Source of the DNA: an uncultured delta proteobacterium
GTDB lineage: Bacteria; Desulfobacterota; Binatia; Binatales; Binataceae
Direction of reading: 5' to 3'
Assembly (NCBI GenBank): GCA_963711565.1
Contig: CAVQEQ010000004.1
Location: forward strand, 288,001 to 352,000
Length of the DNA stretch: 64,000 bases
Below the pieces are notes generated by a model that made no database searches, had not been told where the DNA came from, and saw only the letters and a list, made by a program, of their open reading frames with translations. The translations under genes were made by a program, and so were the position numbers. Positions 9,782 through 24,652 of this stretch are shown here, one piece after another. The number at the start of each line of letters is the position of its first letter. Position 1 is the stretch's first letter.

Positions 9782-10948
9782 ATGACGGCCAAGTTATTGA
9801 TGATCGCCTTCCGCAACATGCGCCGTCAGCTTCGGCGGACGATCCTGACCGCGCTGACCTTTGCCGTCGCGGTCTTTATCTACACCGTGCTGGTTGCGGT
9901 GCCGTGGTCGATGGATCGAATCGCCTACAACGCGTCGAAGGGACTGCGCCTGGTGGTGACCGAGCGCAACAATGGGCGGCTGCCGGCGCGCTACTGCGGT
10001 CCGATCAAGACGCTGCCGCACGTGCTCGGATGCGCGCCGGAAATCCTGTGGGGCGCAATCTATCGCGATCCCAAGGACCCGATCATCACCTACGGGATCA
10101 ACGGCGATATCGCGAGCGTTACCGGCAGCAGCGACTACCAGCCGCCGCCGGACCTCGTGAAACAACTGCTCACCGACCGCCGCAACGCGATGGTTGGATA
10201 CGCGCTTATGCGTGAGCACGGATGGAAACTCGGCGAGCCGGTCACGCTGCGCAATCCCAGTGACGCCAAGCTCGCGCTGACATTTATTCCGATCGTCGAG
10301 TTTCCCACCGAATATCTGTCGCGGGCGTTCTTGTTCGATCGCAGGATGCTCGACAACGCGGTCAAGAATATTTATGGCGCGGATATCCAGGACCGCGCGT
10401 CATTCATCATGGTACGGGTTGACAGCGTCGAGAACATGGGACTGGTGGCCAACGAGATCGACGAGAACTTCCACAACTCCGACGCCGAAACCGAGACCAC
10501 GACCGAATCCGATTCGGTTGCCAACAGCGTTAGCGCGATCGGGAACATCCGCACGATCATCTACAGCTTGTGCATGGTGGTGCTGCTGACGGTCCTGCTG
10601 ATCGCCGCCAATTCGATGGCGATGATGGTGCGCGACCGAATCGCCGAAGTGGCGGTGATGCGCGCGCTCGGGTTCACGCGCACGCATGTCGCACTTCTGC
10701 TGTTCGCCGAGGCGGCTCTGATTGGCCTTTGCGGTTCGCTTGTCGGTGCGGGGCTGGCACTCTGGATATTTTCGCACGGCATCAGGCTCGGCGAGATTAC
10801 CGGGATGCTGGGCTATCTGGAGGTTCGTCCGGAGACCGCCGCCGCCGCGGTAGCCACTGCGGTGCTGGTAAGCCTCGCGAGCGCACTCGGCCCGGTGATC
10901 CGCGCGATGCGGGTGGTGCCGGCGATGGCGTTCCGCGAGGTCGTGTAG
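9782..10948 (+). CDS. MacB/FtsX-like ABC transporter permease
   Basis: AFRNMRRQLRRTILT, EVAVMRALGF, C-terminal TMs. Confidence 0.88.
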   Translation: MTAKLLMIAFRNMRRQLRRTILTALTFAVAVFIYTVLVAVPWSMDRIAYNASKGLRLVVTERNNGRLPARYCGPIKTLPHVLGCAPEILWGAIYRDPKDPIITYGINGDIASVTGSSDYQPPPDLVKQLLTDRRNAMVGYALMREHGWKLGEPVTLRNPSDAKLALTFIPIVEFPTEYLSRAFLFDRRMLDNAVKNIYGADIQDRASFIMVRVDSVENMGLVANEIDENFHNSDAETETTTESDSVANSVSAIGNIRTIIYSLCMVVLLTVLLIAANSMAMMVRDRIAEVAVMRALGFTRTHVALLLFAEAALIGLCGSLVGAGLALWIFSHGIRLGEITGMLGYLEVRPETAAAAVATAVLVSLASALGPVIRAMRVVPAMAFREVV

Positions 10949-11137
10949 ATTGGCGGGGCCCACCTCCTGACCTCCCTGTGGACCAAATTGTTGAGCAATT
11001 GTGGATAGTTAGCGCTCCGGCTGCTCTTTTCTGCTTGATAAGCTGCGCATAATCCGCCATAGGAGACAAATTAGCTCGACTGCTAGCCCGGATGGGTGGG
11101 CTTTCGCAGCCCGCCTCGGAGGCGCAACATAATCGTA

Positions 11138-12592
11138 ATGGGTGAACCTCGGCACATCATTATTCACGGGCATTTCTATCAGCCTCCGCGCGAGAACCCT
11201 TGGACGGGTTTGATCAGCCCCGAGCACGGTGCGTCGCCGTTTCAGAACTGGAACGAGCGGATTCTGAGCGAGTGCTACACCGCCAACGCGCATGCGCATA
11301 CGATGTCTGGCTCGGTCGTCCATGTTCGCAACAATTACGAGTCGCTCAGCTTCGATGTCGGGCCGACGCTAGCTGAATGGCTGCAAACGCATGGCAAGAC
11401 CGCGTATCGCGCGATGACTCGTGGCGACGCGCTGTATGCCGCCGCTCACGGTGGCCACGGCAACGCGATTGCCCAATCGTATAGTCATTCGATTTTGCCG
11501 CTGTTGCCGCCGCGCGATCGCGAATTGCAGATCGCCTGGGGTATCGAGGATTTCGTTTTCCGCTTCGGGCGCAAGCCGGCCGGGATGTGGCTGCCTGAAT
11601 GTGCGGCCGACGACGACACGCTCGCGTCGGTCGCGGCGGCGGGAATCCAGTTCGTCATTCTGGCGTCGGACCAGGGAAATTTTAAGGGGCAGGGCGCCGA
11701 GTCGCGGGGCGCGGGTCCGTTCCAATGGCGCAGCGGCGATTTGACTCTCGCGGTTTTCCGATTCGATCGTGAATTGTCCAATACCGTCTCTTTTGGCGAC
11801 GGTATGGCCGATGGCGCGCGGCTGGCGGACTGGATCGCGGACACTGCGGCCAACCTCGAACCCGGTGCGGCGCTGATGATTGCGACCGACGGCGAGACGT
11901 TTGGGCATCATAATAAACACGGCGCCGCCGAACTGGCGCGCACGCTGATCGCACTCGAAGAACGCGACGACGTAATCGTCACCAACTGCGACGAATACCT
12001 CGCCGCACATCCCGCTTCCGGGTCGTTCGAGATTACGTCGGCCTCGTCGTGGAGCTGTTCGCATGGCGTCGAGCGATGGCGCTCGAACTGCGGATGCCGC
12101 AACGACGCGCACACGTCGCAGGAATGGCGCGCGCCGTTTCGCGCCGCGATGGATTTCGTGAAGTATCACGCCGAGGCGACCTACGACCGTTTCGCGCCGG
12201 CGCTGGTTAAGGACCCGGGCGCGCTTTTGCGCGGCGGAATCCGCCTGCTGATCGATCCGGATCCAGCGGTGCACGACGAGACCTTCAAGCACGCCGGCGT
12301 TGCCGACGAGGTTAATCGCGAAGCGCTGCTGCGGATGCTCGAGATGGTGCTTGCGGGACAGGCGGCGCTGACAAGCTGCGCGTGGTTCTTCGACGATTTC
12401 GGCGGGCTCGAGGGGCGCGTCGCGCTCCGCTGGGCGGCGCGTGCAGTCGAGCTGGCGGCGGAGCATTCGGCGAGCGTCGAAAACGAACTGCTCGAGCGGC
12501 TGCGCGGGATCAATTCGAACCGGCGCGAAAATGGCGACGCCGCGACTCTGTACCTGAGCTTGAAAACGCGCGAAGCTCGCGGTCGCGTGTAG
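11138..12592 (+). CDS. glycoside hydrolase family 57 / DUF3536 protein
   Basis: [40 protein letters not shown]. Confidence 0.88.
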   Translation: MGEPRHIIIHGHFYQPPRENPWTGLISPEHGASPFQNWNERILSECYTANAHAHTMSGSVVHVRNNYESLSFDVGPTLAEWLQTHGKTAYRAMTRGDALYAAAHGGHGNAIAQSYSHSILPLLPPRDRELQIAWGIEDFVFRFGRKPAGMWLPECAADDDTLASVAAAGIQFVILASDQGNFKGQGAESRGAGPFQWRSGDLTLAVFRFDRELSNTVSFGDGMADGARLADWIADTAANLEPGAALMIATDGETFGHHNKHGAAELARTLIALEERDDVIVTNCDEYLAAHPASGSFEITSASSWSCSHGVERWRSNCGCRNDAHTSQEWRAPFRAAMDFVKYHAEATYDRFAPALVKDPGALLRGGIRLLIDPDPAVHDETFKHAGVADEVNREALLRMLEMVLAGQAALTSCAWFFDDFGGLEGRVALRWAARAVELAAEHSASVENELLERLRGINSNRRENGDAATLYLSLKTREARGRV

Positions 12593-12633
12593 CCACTGGC
12601 AGGCACGCAAGTTTAAGCGACAGGTGCAGGCCG

Positions 12634-14592
<1,959 letters not shown>

Positions 14593-14593
14593 A

Positions 14594-14857
14594 ATCCTAA
14601 CCTCTCCTTGTCCGAGGAGAGGTCGGCGAAAGCCGCGAAGCGGTGTCGCCGGGTGAGGTGCAACGCCGGACAGCGCACCTGTCCCAACTCGTTTAACCGC
14701 AATTCACAGACACTGGTCCGCCGGCCGGAAAGCAGCAGCACTTTCTGACCTGCTGCACCAAGCAAACCTGCTTATCTGCTCCGTCCAGATCTGCACCTCA
14801 CCCGTCGCTCACCTTCGGCTCGCGCCGACCTCTCCTCGGACAAGGAGAGGTTAGGAT
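14594..14857. repeat. long inverted repeat (~67-bp arms, ~130-bp spacer), family C-related
   Basis: ATCCTAACCTCTCCTTGTCCGAGGAGAGGTCGGCG matched by its reverse complement at 14823-14857; between convergent genes. Confidence 0.9.
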
Positions 14858-14876
14858 CAAGTGACTAGTCTCTCGA

Positions 14877-16163
14877 TTAGTTCATTTGCAGACGACTGAC
14901 TACTTCAGTCACGCGCGCAGGATCGACAATAACTATTGCCGCCGCACCCACCGCGAACATGATCGCGAACCCCACCATCAGCCGTACATAGAATGCCGGC
15001 TGATGACTGGTCCGCGCGACGGCCGATTTGAACACGGCGTTTACTGCGTGTGCCAGCGTCAGTCCAATGACCGCGTCGCGCGCCGGGCTGGTCCCGGACT
15101 GAACGAAGGACGCCAGCGTCAGCGAGATGGCGGTGACGTCCACCAGTCCGCTGATCGCGGACACTACCATCTGGCCGCCAAAGCCCGCATAATGCTTGGC
15201 GACGCGGGTAATCAGCAGCACGATGGTGAATATCGCGCCGAACTCCAATGCCGGCCGAATCGAAAACGGGTTGCGAAAAGTGGAATCCGTGATCGCGGTG
15301 CGCTTCTTTCTCGCCGGTGCGAGGACCATGGCGGCGGCGAATCCCGCGAGCATCATCGCGGCGAAAGCGGGGACGGCCGCGACCGCGAGCATCGGACTGA
15401 CTACAGCGACTATCAGCAGCGTGCGCGGAAAGAGTATTGAATTGGCTATTAGCGAATAGCGGGCGGCGGGGATCGCGGAGTCGGGCGCGTCGGCGACTGC
15501 GCGCGAAACTCCAGCAGTGTAGGCAGTCGTCGAGGCGATCGCTCCGACTATTGCAGTGAGTAATGCGCCGCGCTCACTGCCGGCAAACTTGGTCAGGAAA
15601 TAACCGATATACGAGACGCCGGACACGAGGATTACAAACAACCAGATTTCGCGCGGGCGGAAAAATCCAAACGGTCCGTAGCTGCCGGTCGGCAGGAGCG
15701 GATAGATGATGAAAATCAGCGCGAGAAAACTCAGCGTGTCGATGTATTCGCGGTCGGAGATCGCGTCGCGCACAAAGCGGCGCAGCTGATCGCGCTCGGC
15801 TAAAATCGCGGCGAGCACGATTCCAAGTCCGGCGCCGAATTGGCGGTCCGACGTGAGGCATAAGCCAGCCAGTGCGAACGTCGCCACCGCTGCCAGCTCG
15901 GTGGTGATTCCGTTGCGTTCCGGATGCTGCGCGCGCATCACAAGCAGGGCGCCGATCGTGCCGATGAACAACGCGATAGCGATTGCGGCGCTGCCGGAGT
16001 GTCCCGCGACCGCGCCGAGCAGCGCGATTATCAGGAAATCGCGCATCCCGGGGCGCGGCGGACCCTTGGGCAGGGGTTCCCGCGTGCGGCCGACCAGGAA
16101 TCCGATCGCCAGCGCGAGCAGAAATCCAAGAGCGGGTGAGTTGGGACCGGTCAGGTCGGGCAT
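14877..16163 (-). CDS. MgtC/SapB-DUF4010 family membrane protein
   Basis: GMRDF, GITTE, GAIASTTA, SGLVDVTAI; many TM helices. Confidence 0.85.
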   Translation of the reverse strand: MPDLTGPNSPALGFLLALAIGFLVGRTREPLPKGPPRPGMRDFLIIALLGAVAGHSGSAAIAIALFIGTIGALLVMRAQHPERNGITTELAAVATFALAGLCLTSDRQFGAGLGIVLAAILAERDQLRRFVRDAISDREYIDTLSFLALIFIIYPLLPTGSYGPFGFFRPREIWLFVILVSGVSYIGYFLTKFAGSERGALLTAIVGAIASTTAYTAGVSRAVADAPDSAIPAARYSLIANSILFPRTLLIVAVVSPMLAVAAVPAFAAMMLAGFAAAMVLAPARKKRTAITDSTFRNPFSIRPALEFGAIFTIVLLITRVAKHYAGFGGQMVVSAISGLVDVTAISLTLASFVQSGTSPARDAVIGLTLAHAVNAVFKSAVARTSHQPAFYVRLMVGFAIMFAVGAAAIVIVDPARVTEVVSRLQMN

Positions 16164-16261
16164 CGAGAGCGCAATGCTAGCGGAATGCGGGTAGAAATGC
16201 TTGATCGCAGGGAGTTACGGTGATGGCGTCAACGTCCCTCTACCGTCCACAAACCCCCGCC

Positions 16262-16291
16262 TTGCTGACACCTTGTCCGCGGTGGTATCTT
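16262..16291 (+). promoter_or_regulatory. putative sigma70 promoter of rimP operon
   Basis: TTGCTG-N18-TATCTT with extended -10 TG. Confidence 0.5.
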
Positions 16292-16301
16292 GCTGGGCGT
16301 G

Positions 16302-16325
16302 AAGTGGGCGCGTGCCCACTTTTTT
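16302..16325 (+). promoter_or_regulatory. rimP leader terminator-like hairpin
   Basis: AAGTGGGC-GCGT-GCCCACTT plus T run upstream of rimP, resembling the conserved rimP leader. Confidence 0.75.
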
Positions 16326-16391
16326 GTTGGTGTCGCAAAAAGGGTTTCGGGACATAAACCGGCGGCTTGGCCGAAGCGAGCGGAGAGGTGA

Positions 16392-16883
16392 GTGCAGATG
16401 ATCGCCCTGACGCTTCATCCGACCGCGGAAAAAGTGCTCGCGCTGCTCGAGGCGCACGTCGAACGCCAGGGCTACGAGCTGGTGTCGGTGGATTTTCGCA
16501 AGGGCACGCGAAATTCCCTGCTGCGGCTGCTGGTTGATAAGCCGGGTGGTGGAATTGCGCTGAGCGATCTCGAGAAGTTGAGCCCGGCGCTCGGCGATTT
16601 GCTCGACGTGTACGACCCCGTCGAAGGGCGCTACACGCTGGAGGTCGCGTCGCCGGGAATCAACCGGCCATTGCGCAAGCTTGAGCATTTCGAGGCGGTG
16701 AAGGGCGAGCGGGTCAAGGTGCGGACGCATCGCGCACGCGACGGGCAGAAGTCCTTCGTGGGCAAGTTGGTGAGCGTCGGCGAGAGTGGAATCGAGCTTG
16801 ACGACGAGACCAGCCGCAAGCGGCAGACGATTGGTTTCGACGAGATGACTGGAGCTAATTACGAGTATGACTTTGACAAGTAG
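16392..16883 (+). CDS. rimP: ribosome maturation factor RimP
   Basis: YTLEVASPGINRPL; upstream of nusA. Confidence 0.93.
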   Translation: MQMIALTLHPTAEKVLALLEAHVERQGYELVSVDFRKGTRNSLLRLLVDKPGGGIALSDLEKLSPALGDLLDVYDPVEGRYTLEVASPGINRPLRKLEHFEAVKGERVKVRTHRARDGQKSFVGKLVSVGESGIELDDETSRKRQTIGFDEMTGANYEYDFDK

Positions 16884-16958
16884 ATGCATCGGCTCCCACT
16901 CGAGCGGAGCAACTAAAACTATTGGCGCGCAGCGCTTTGCGCGCCCCGGGGAGGCGTT

Positions 16959-18389
16959 ATGCAGATCGATCTGAACCGGGTAATCGAGCAGGTAAGCAAG
17001 GAAAAAGGCATCGACAAGACGATCGTGATCAACGCGGTCGAGGAGATGATGCATTCGGCGGCGCGGCGCACCTTCGGCCCCGACCGCAATATCGAGTCGC
17101 GCTTCAATCCGGAGCTCGGCGAAATCGAGTTGTTCGAAATCAAGACCGTCGTCGAGAAGGTCGCCAACGCGGCTGCCGAGGCCAACGTCGCCGAGGCGCG
17201 CGCGAAATACGATCCCGAAGCGGAAGTCGGCGACGAAATTCTGATCAAGCTCGACACCGCCACGATGGGTCGGATCGCGGCTCAAGCGGCCAAGCAAAAT
17301 CTCATCCAGCACATCCGCGACGCCGAGCGCAAACAGATTTTCAACGAGTTCAAGGATCGCAAGCAGGAAGTCGTCTCCGGCATTGTGCAGCGCTTCGAGC
17401 GCAAGAACATGATCGTCAACCTCGGCCGCACCGAGGCGATCCTGCCCGAGAAGGAACAGATTCCGCACGAGCGCTATCGCCAGGGCGATCGCATCCGCGC
17501 GCTGATTCTCGACGTCGATCTTTCCGAGAAGGGACTTTCGATCGTGCTCTCGCGCACCTCGAACGACTTCCTGATGAAGCTGTTCGAGCAGGAGGTGCCG
17601 GAGATTTACGAGGGTATCGTCGAGATTCGCCAGAGCGCGCGCGAGCCGGGCGGCCGCGCCAAGGTCGCCGTGTACTCGAAAGACTCGGACGTTGATCCGG
17701 TCGGCGCATGCGTCGGGATGAAGGGCACGCGTGTGCAATCCGTCGTGCAGGAACTCCGCGGCGAGAAGATCGACATCGTGCCGTGGACCGACGATCAGGC
17801 CGAGCTGGTATGCCGCGCACTCGCGCCGGCGAAAGTCTCGAAGGTGATAATCGACGAGGACGAGCATGCGATGGAAGTGATCGTTCCCGACGATCAACTG
17901 TCGTTGGCGATTGGCAAGCGCGGCCAGAACGTACGCCTCGCTCATCGCCTCACTGGATGGAAGCTCGACGTTCGCAGCGAGGCGGAGGCCGAAGAAGAGG
18001 CCCGCTCGGCGCGCGCGTCGCTTAATGCGATCCCCGGCATCGGCGATATCAACGCCGAGCTGCTCTACCAATGGGGCTTCCGCTCGGCCGAGCAACTGGC
18101 GGAGGCCGACGAGACCGCCTTCGACGTCGAGGGAATCAGCGCCGAGCGCGCGACCCAGATAATCAACGCGGCGCGCGATCACGTCGCTAACAAGAAGGTC
18201 ATTGCTGCCGAAAAGGCGGCGGCTGCGGAAGAAGCGGCAACTGCCGCGGCCGCCGCGGCGGCTGACGCTGCGCAGGCTGCGGCCGAACTGGCTGCCGCCA
18301 CCGAAGCGGAAGGCGCGGAGGCGGCGAGCGAGACGATCGTCGAGGAATCGGCGCCCGCTGCCGCCACCGAAGATGCGGGAGAAAAATAA
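16959..18389 (+). CDS. nusA: transcription factor NusA
   Basis: DPVGACVG, LSLAIGKRGQNVRLA; S1/KH domains. Confidence 0.97.
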   Translation: MQIDLNRVIEQVSKEKGIDKTIVINAVEEMMHSAARRTFGPDRNIESRFNPELGEIELFEIKTVVEKVANAAAEANVAEARAKYDPEAEVGDEILIKLDTATMGRIAAQAAKQNLIQHIRDAERKQIFNEFKDRKQEVVSGIVQRFERKNMIVNLGRTEAILPEKEQIPHERYRQGDRIRALILDVDLSEKGLSIVLSRTSNDFLMKLFEQEVPEIYEGIVEIRQSAREPGGRAKVAVYSKDSDVDPVGACVGMKGTRVQSVVQELRGEKIDIVPWTDDQAELVCRALAPAKVSKVIIDEDEHAMEVIVPDDQLSLAIGKRGQNVRLAHRLTGWKLDVRSEAEAEEEARSARASLNAIPGIGDINAELLYQWGFRSAEQLAEADETAFDVEGISAERATQIINAARDHVANKKVIAAEKAAAAEEAATAAAAAAADAAQAAAELAAATEAEGAEAASETIVEESAPAAATEDAGEK

Positions 18390-18666
18390 CGCGCCCGAGC
18401 GCACCTGCATCGGATGTATGCAGCGGGACGCGAAGGCGTCGATGGTGCGAATCGCGGTTGTGAACGAACATGCCGAAGTGGATTTCGAGGCGCGCAGGGC
18501 AGGGCGCGGCGGCTATTTGCATCCGGCGCCCGAATGCGTCGAGCGGTTCGTCGGTCTAAAGGTTAAGGAATTTCGTGCGCTCCGGCGGAAAATTGAACGT
18601 CCCGAGCGCCTTGAAATAGCGGCGGCAATTAAACAGCGACTGGATAGAAACTCAAAGGTCGAATAG
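18373..18666 (+). CDS. ylxR: YlxR/RnpM family RNA-binding protein
   Basis: [14 protein letters not shown]; between nusA and infB. Confidence 0.85.
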   Translation: MREKNNAPERTCIGCMQRDAKASMVRIAVVNEHAEVDFEARRAGRGGYLHPAPECVERFVGLKVKEFRALRRKIERPERLEIAAAIKQRLDRNSKVE

Positions 18667-18676
18667 TATAACTGGG

Positions 18677-21604
<2,928 letters not shown>

Positions 21605-21667
21605 ACTGCGGGTTGGTAGGTCGTTCCGGGCGCGCGATGTGCGCGTTGGCGGAGGGGGCGTATTGCT

Positions 21668-21955
21668 ATGGTCGTCGGCATCATGCGGCTGACCCTGTTT
21701 CTGCCGGAAAATCATTCGCTCAAGGGCAAGCGACAGGTGCTGCGCGCGATCAAGAGTCGCGTCCAGAACAAGTTCAACGTCTCGATCGCCGAGTCCGACA
21801 ACCACGACATGTGGCAGCGCGCCGAGTTGGGCATCGCGCAGGTTGGCAGCGACCGCGCGTTCGTGGACAAGGCGCTGCGCGAGGTCGTGAACTTTATCGA
21901 TTCGCTGGGCCTGGTCCCGCTCGGCGAAGAGCAGCTAGAGATCATCAACTGCTGA
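21668..21955 (+). CDS. DUF503 (YlxP) protein
   Basis: SLKGKR, KFNVSIAE, QRAELG. Confidence 0.88.
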   Translation: MVVGIMRLTLFLPENHSLKGKRQVLRAIKSRVQNKFNVSIAESDNHDMWQRAELGIAQVGSDRAFVDKALREVVNFIDSLGLVPLGEEQLEIINC

Positions 21956-21970
21956 CACCGGTGAAGAACG

Positions 21971-22321
21971 TTGCCTGAAGGCCGAAGACCGGAACGCGTC
22001 GCCGAAGCTGTCTTGCGAGAGCTGTCGGGCCTGCTCGTGCGCGACCTGCGCGACCCACGCCTGCGCGGCATCACGCTCACGGGCGTCAGGATGGACGACG
22101 ACCTGCGCCACGGCCGCGTGTACTTCTCGCACCTGGAAGGCTCGATTCGCGCCTCCGCCGCAATCGCCGGCTTCAAAAGCGCCAGCGGCTTCATAAGACG
22201 CGAAATCGGCAAGTCGCTGGGCCTGAGATACACCCCAGAACTCGACTTCGAATTCGACCCCGCCCTCGAACGCGCCGCCCGCATCGACGCGCTGCTCAAG
22301 CAAACGTCACCGAAAGACTAA
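21971..22321 (+). CDS. rbfA: ribosome-binding factor A
   Basis: LRDPRL, LRYTPELDF. Confidence 0.95.
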   Translation: MPEGRRPERVAEAVLRELSGLLVRDLRDPRLRGITLTGVRMDDDLRHGRVYFSHLEGSIRASAAIAGFKSASGFIRREIGKSLGLRYTPELDFEFDPALERAARIDALLKQTSPKD

Positions 22322-22527
22322 TTGAATGTGAAACCCACCGTGGGTTTCACGCTTCCCTGGGCACGGGTGACCCCTGCACCCAGTGAAAGAAATCGCGAAA
22401 TGTTGAGGACAACCTTTCGCTATCGGGTTCGAAGGAGACGGCGGGGAATTACCTCGCCCGTTACTTCACGGGAGAGGGGCCGGCGGGCGCAGCCGCCGGC
22501 AGGTGAGGGTTCCGCGATTCAAGATGA
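22321..22527 (+). repeat. ~200-bp modular palindromic element (B-A-X-C), copy 1
   Basis: Aligns along its length with the reverse complement of 25574-25780. Confidence 0.85.
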
Positions 22528-22584
22528 AAGTGAGCAACGTCGCTACTTGTCCCTGTCTAGTCTTTCCGTGTCGTTCCGTCTTTG

Positions 22585-22623
22585 TGTCATTCTAGAGCGA
22601 AAGCTGCTGTAGCGAAGAATCCC
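22585..22623 (+). repeat. family D half element
   Basis: TGTCATTCTAGAGCG...GCGAAGAATCCC. Confidence 0.7.
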
Positions 22624-22727
22624 GGCTTTTTCCTGGCCTAAATACCGAGCACTTCCGCTGCGCCATCACTTCTCATTCAATCTGGAAAAACGGCGCCAGG
22701 ACCGTCCCCGATCTCCCGGGCCGTGAG

Positions 22728-23174
22728 TCAGCGCTTGCGTTTATCTGGATGCGGAAGGATGTCGCCCTCAACCCGGGGCAGATCGTCAGTCGTGTCGAAC
22801 CACGACAGCTTGCTCTCGATCCATTGATGAATCTGCGGACGGAGCCGCTCCGGCTCGTCAAACGTGCCGACTCTGATCGAGAAATACCTTCCGTTTTTCG
22901 CCAGCGGATGAGTTGGCGCGAGATACTCTCCGTACAATCCGGCGCCGCACTTGCCGCAGAAGTGACTCCGTCCCGTGGCCGAAGTCGGATAGATGGCCGG
23001 GACGCCATTCGTCAGCCGGAATCCATCGCCCGCAACTGCGGCGTTCAGCAGCACGGGAGCGCCGCTGCTCCGCCGACACCGACCGCAGTGACAATAGATG
23101 ACGTCGAAGACGCTATCGACTTCGTATCGGATCGATCCGCAGAGGCAGCCGCCACTGAATGGACCAACAATCAT
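22728..23174 (-). CDS. GFA/CENP-V family protein
   Basis: GGCLCG, CHCGRCRR, FCGKCG. Confidence 0.9.
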   Translation of the reverse strand: MIVGPFSGGCLCGSIRYEVDSVFDVIYCHCGRCRRSSGAPVLLNAAVAGDGFRLTNGVPAIYPTSATGRSHFCGKCGAGLYGEYLAPTHPLAKNGRYFSIRVGTFDEPERLRPQIHQWIESKLSWFDTTDDLPRVEGDILPHPDKRKR

Positions 23175-23235
23175 CTTGGCTGATTCTAACGCCGGACAAC
23201 CGTTTCGCGCGAGAGCGCTTTTGCAAGCAGGGCAC

Positions 23236-24555
23236 TCACTTCGACAACATCCGCTCGCGATTCTCTGATTTCTCGCCGCGCTCCAGCAGCGGCTCGACAT
23301 CGCCCGTGATCAGTCGCGCGCCTCGATCGTTGCGGAGGTACATCCACGCCCATTCGACGATCACGATGAACCGGTTGCGGAATCCGATCAGAAAGAAAAT
23401 GTGCACGAACAACCACATCAGCCATGCGATCAGCCCGCTGAGATGCAGCCCCGCGATATCGGCGACGGCGGCCGCCTTGCCAATCGTCGCCAGCGTCCCC
23501 TTGTCGCGGTAATGAAACGGAATCGTCGGCTCGCCACGAATCTGCCGGAGGACGTTCTTCGCCGCATGCCGCCCTTCCTGCATGGCAGCCGGCGACAATC
23601 CCGGCACCGGCTTCCCGTCTGACTTGATCGACGCCAGATCGCCAATCACGAACACGCCGTCCGCGCCCGGCACCGACAGATCCTGATTCACGATCACGCG
23701 CCCCGCGCGATCGAGCCCAACGTCCGTAGTGGCTCCCAGAGCCTTCCCCAGCGGCGATGCGGCCACGCCCGCCGCCCAGATCACCGTGCGCGAGTCGAGT
23801 CGCATGCCGCCGTGCGTGACGCCGCGATCGTCCACCGCCGTCACCGGAGAGTCCGTGATCACCTCGACGCCCAGCCGCTCCAGTTGCCGCCGCGCGCTAA
23901 CCGACGATTGCAGGGACATTGCAGGCAGCACCTTCGGGCCCGCTTCGATTAGTACGATGCGCGCGTTGCTGGGATCGATTTTTCTAAAATCGCGCTCGAG
24001 CACGCGCCGCGAAATCTCCGCCAGCGCCCCCGCCATCTCGACCCCCGTCGGCCCGGCGCCGATTATCACGAACGTCATCCAGTTCGCGACTTCCGCCTCG
24101 TCAACTTCGCGCTCTGCCGCTTCGTACGCGACCAGCACGCGCCGCCGTATCTCGACCGCATCCTCGAGCGTCTTCAAACCCGGCGCGGGCTCGAGCCATT
24201 CGCCATGCCCGAAGTACGAATGCGTCGCGCCGCTCGCGACGATCAGGTAGTCGTACGCCACCTCGCCGTCGAATAGCTGCACGATCCTTCGCCGCGTATC
24301 GATAGACGACGCCTCGCCGAGCATCACGCTCGCATTGCGCTGGCGCCGCAGTATGCGTCGTATCGGCGACGCGATGTCGCTCGGATTCAGCGCCGCGGTC
24401 GCCACCTGGTAGAGCAGCGGTTGAAACAGATGATGGTTGCGGCGGTCGATCATCGTCAACCTGACCGGCGCGCGTTTGAGCTCCCGCGCCGCGGCGATTC
24501 CGCCGAATCCGCCGCCAATGATCACGACGTGCTTAACTGGAGCAACAGAATCCAT
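23236..24555 (-). CDS. ndh: type II NADH dehydrogenase-like FAD oxidoreductase
   Basis: GGGFGG, FQPLLYQVAT, GAGPTGVE, WAAGV. Confidence 0.9.
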   Translation of the reverse strand: MDSVAPVKHVVIIGGGFGGIAAARELKRAPVRLTMIDRRNHHLFQPLLYQVATAALNPSDIASPIRRILRRQRNASVMLGEASSIDTRRRIVQLFDGEVAYDYLIVASGATHSYFGHGEWLEPAPGLKTLEDAVEIRRRVLVAYEAAEREVDEAEVANWMTFVIIGAGPTGVEMAGALAEISRRVLERDFRKIDPSNARIVLIEAGPKVLPAMSLQSSVSARRQLERLGVEVITDSPVTAVDDRGVTHGGMRLDSRTVIWAAGVAASPLGKALGATTDVGLDRAGRVIVNQDLSVPGADGVFVIGDLASIKSDGKPVPGLSPAAMQEGRHAAKNVLRQIRGEPTIPFHYRDKGTLATIGKAAAVADIAGLHLSGLIAWLMWLFVHIFFLIGFRNRFIVIVEWAWMYLRNDRGARLITGDVEPLLERGEKSENRERMLSK

Positions 24556-24578
24556 AACAGTGATCGTATCCGAATACC

Positions 24579-24627
24579 GGGTGCAGGGGTCACCCCTGCC
24601 GCGGGTCCGGGGCGCGCAGCCCCGCAT
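24579..24627 (+). repeat. family A palindrome plus adjacent GGGGC..GCCCC hairpin
   Basis: GGGTGCAGGGGTCACCCCTGCC exact. Confidence 0.8.
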
Positions 24628-24652
24628 AACAATGTTAAGCTCGTATGGATCT

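Noticed and set aside
18200-18389. Ala/Glu low-complexity NusA tail as a tandem repeat element
   Set aside because: Ordinary low-complexity coding sequence with no exact DNA periodicity
22322-22612. 96-aa ORF MNVKPTVGF... and similar ORFs at 25571 and 29673
   Set aside because: Translations of the palindromic repeats; their similarity comes from the DNA repeat
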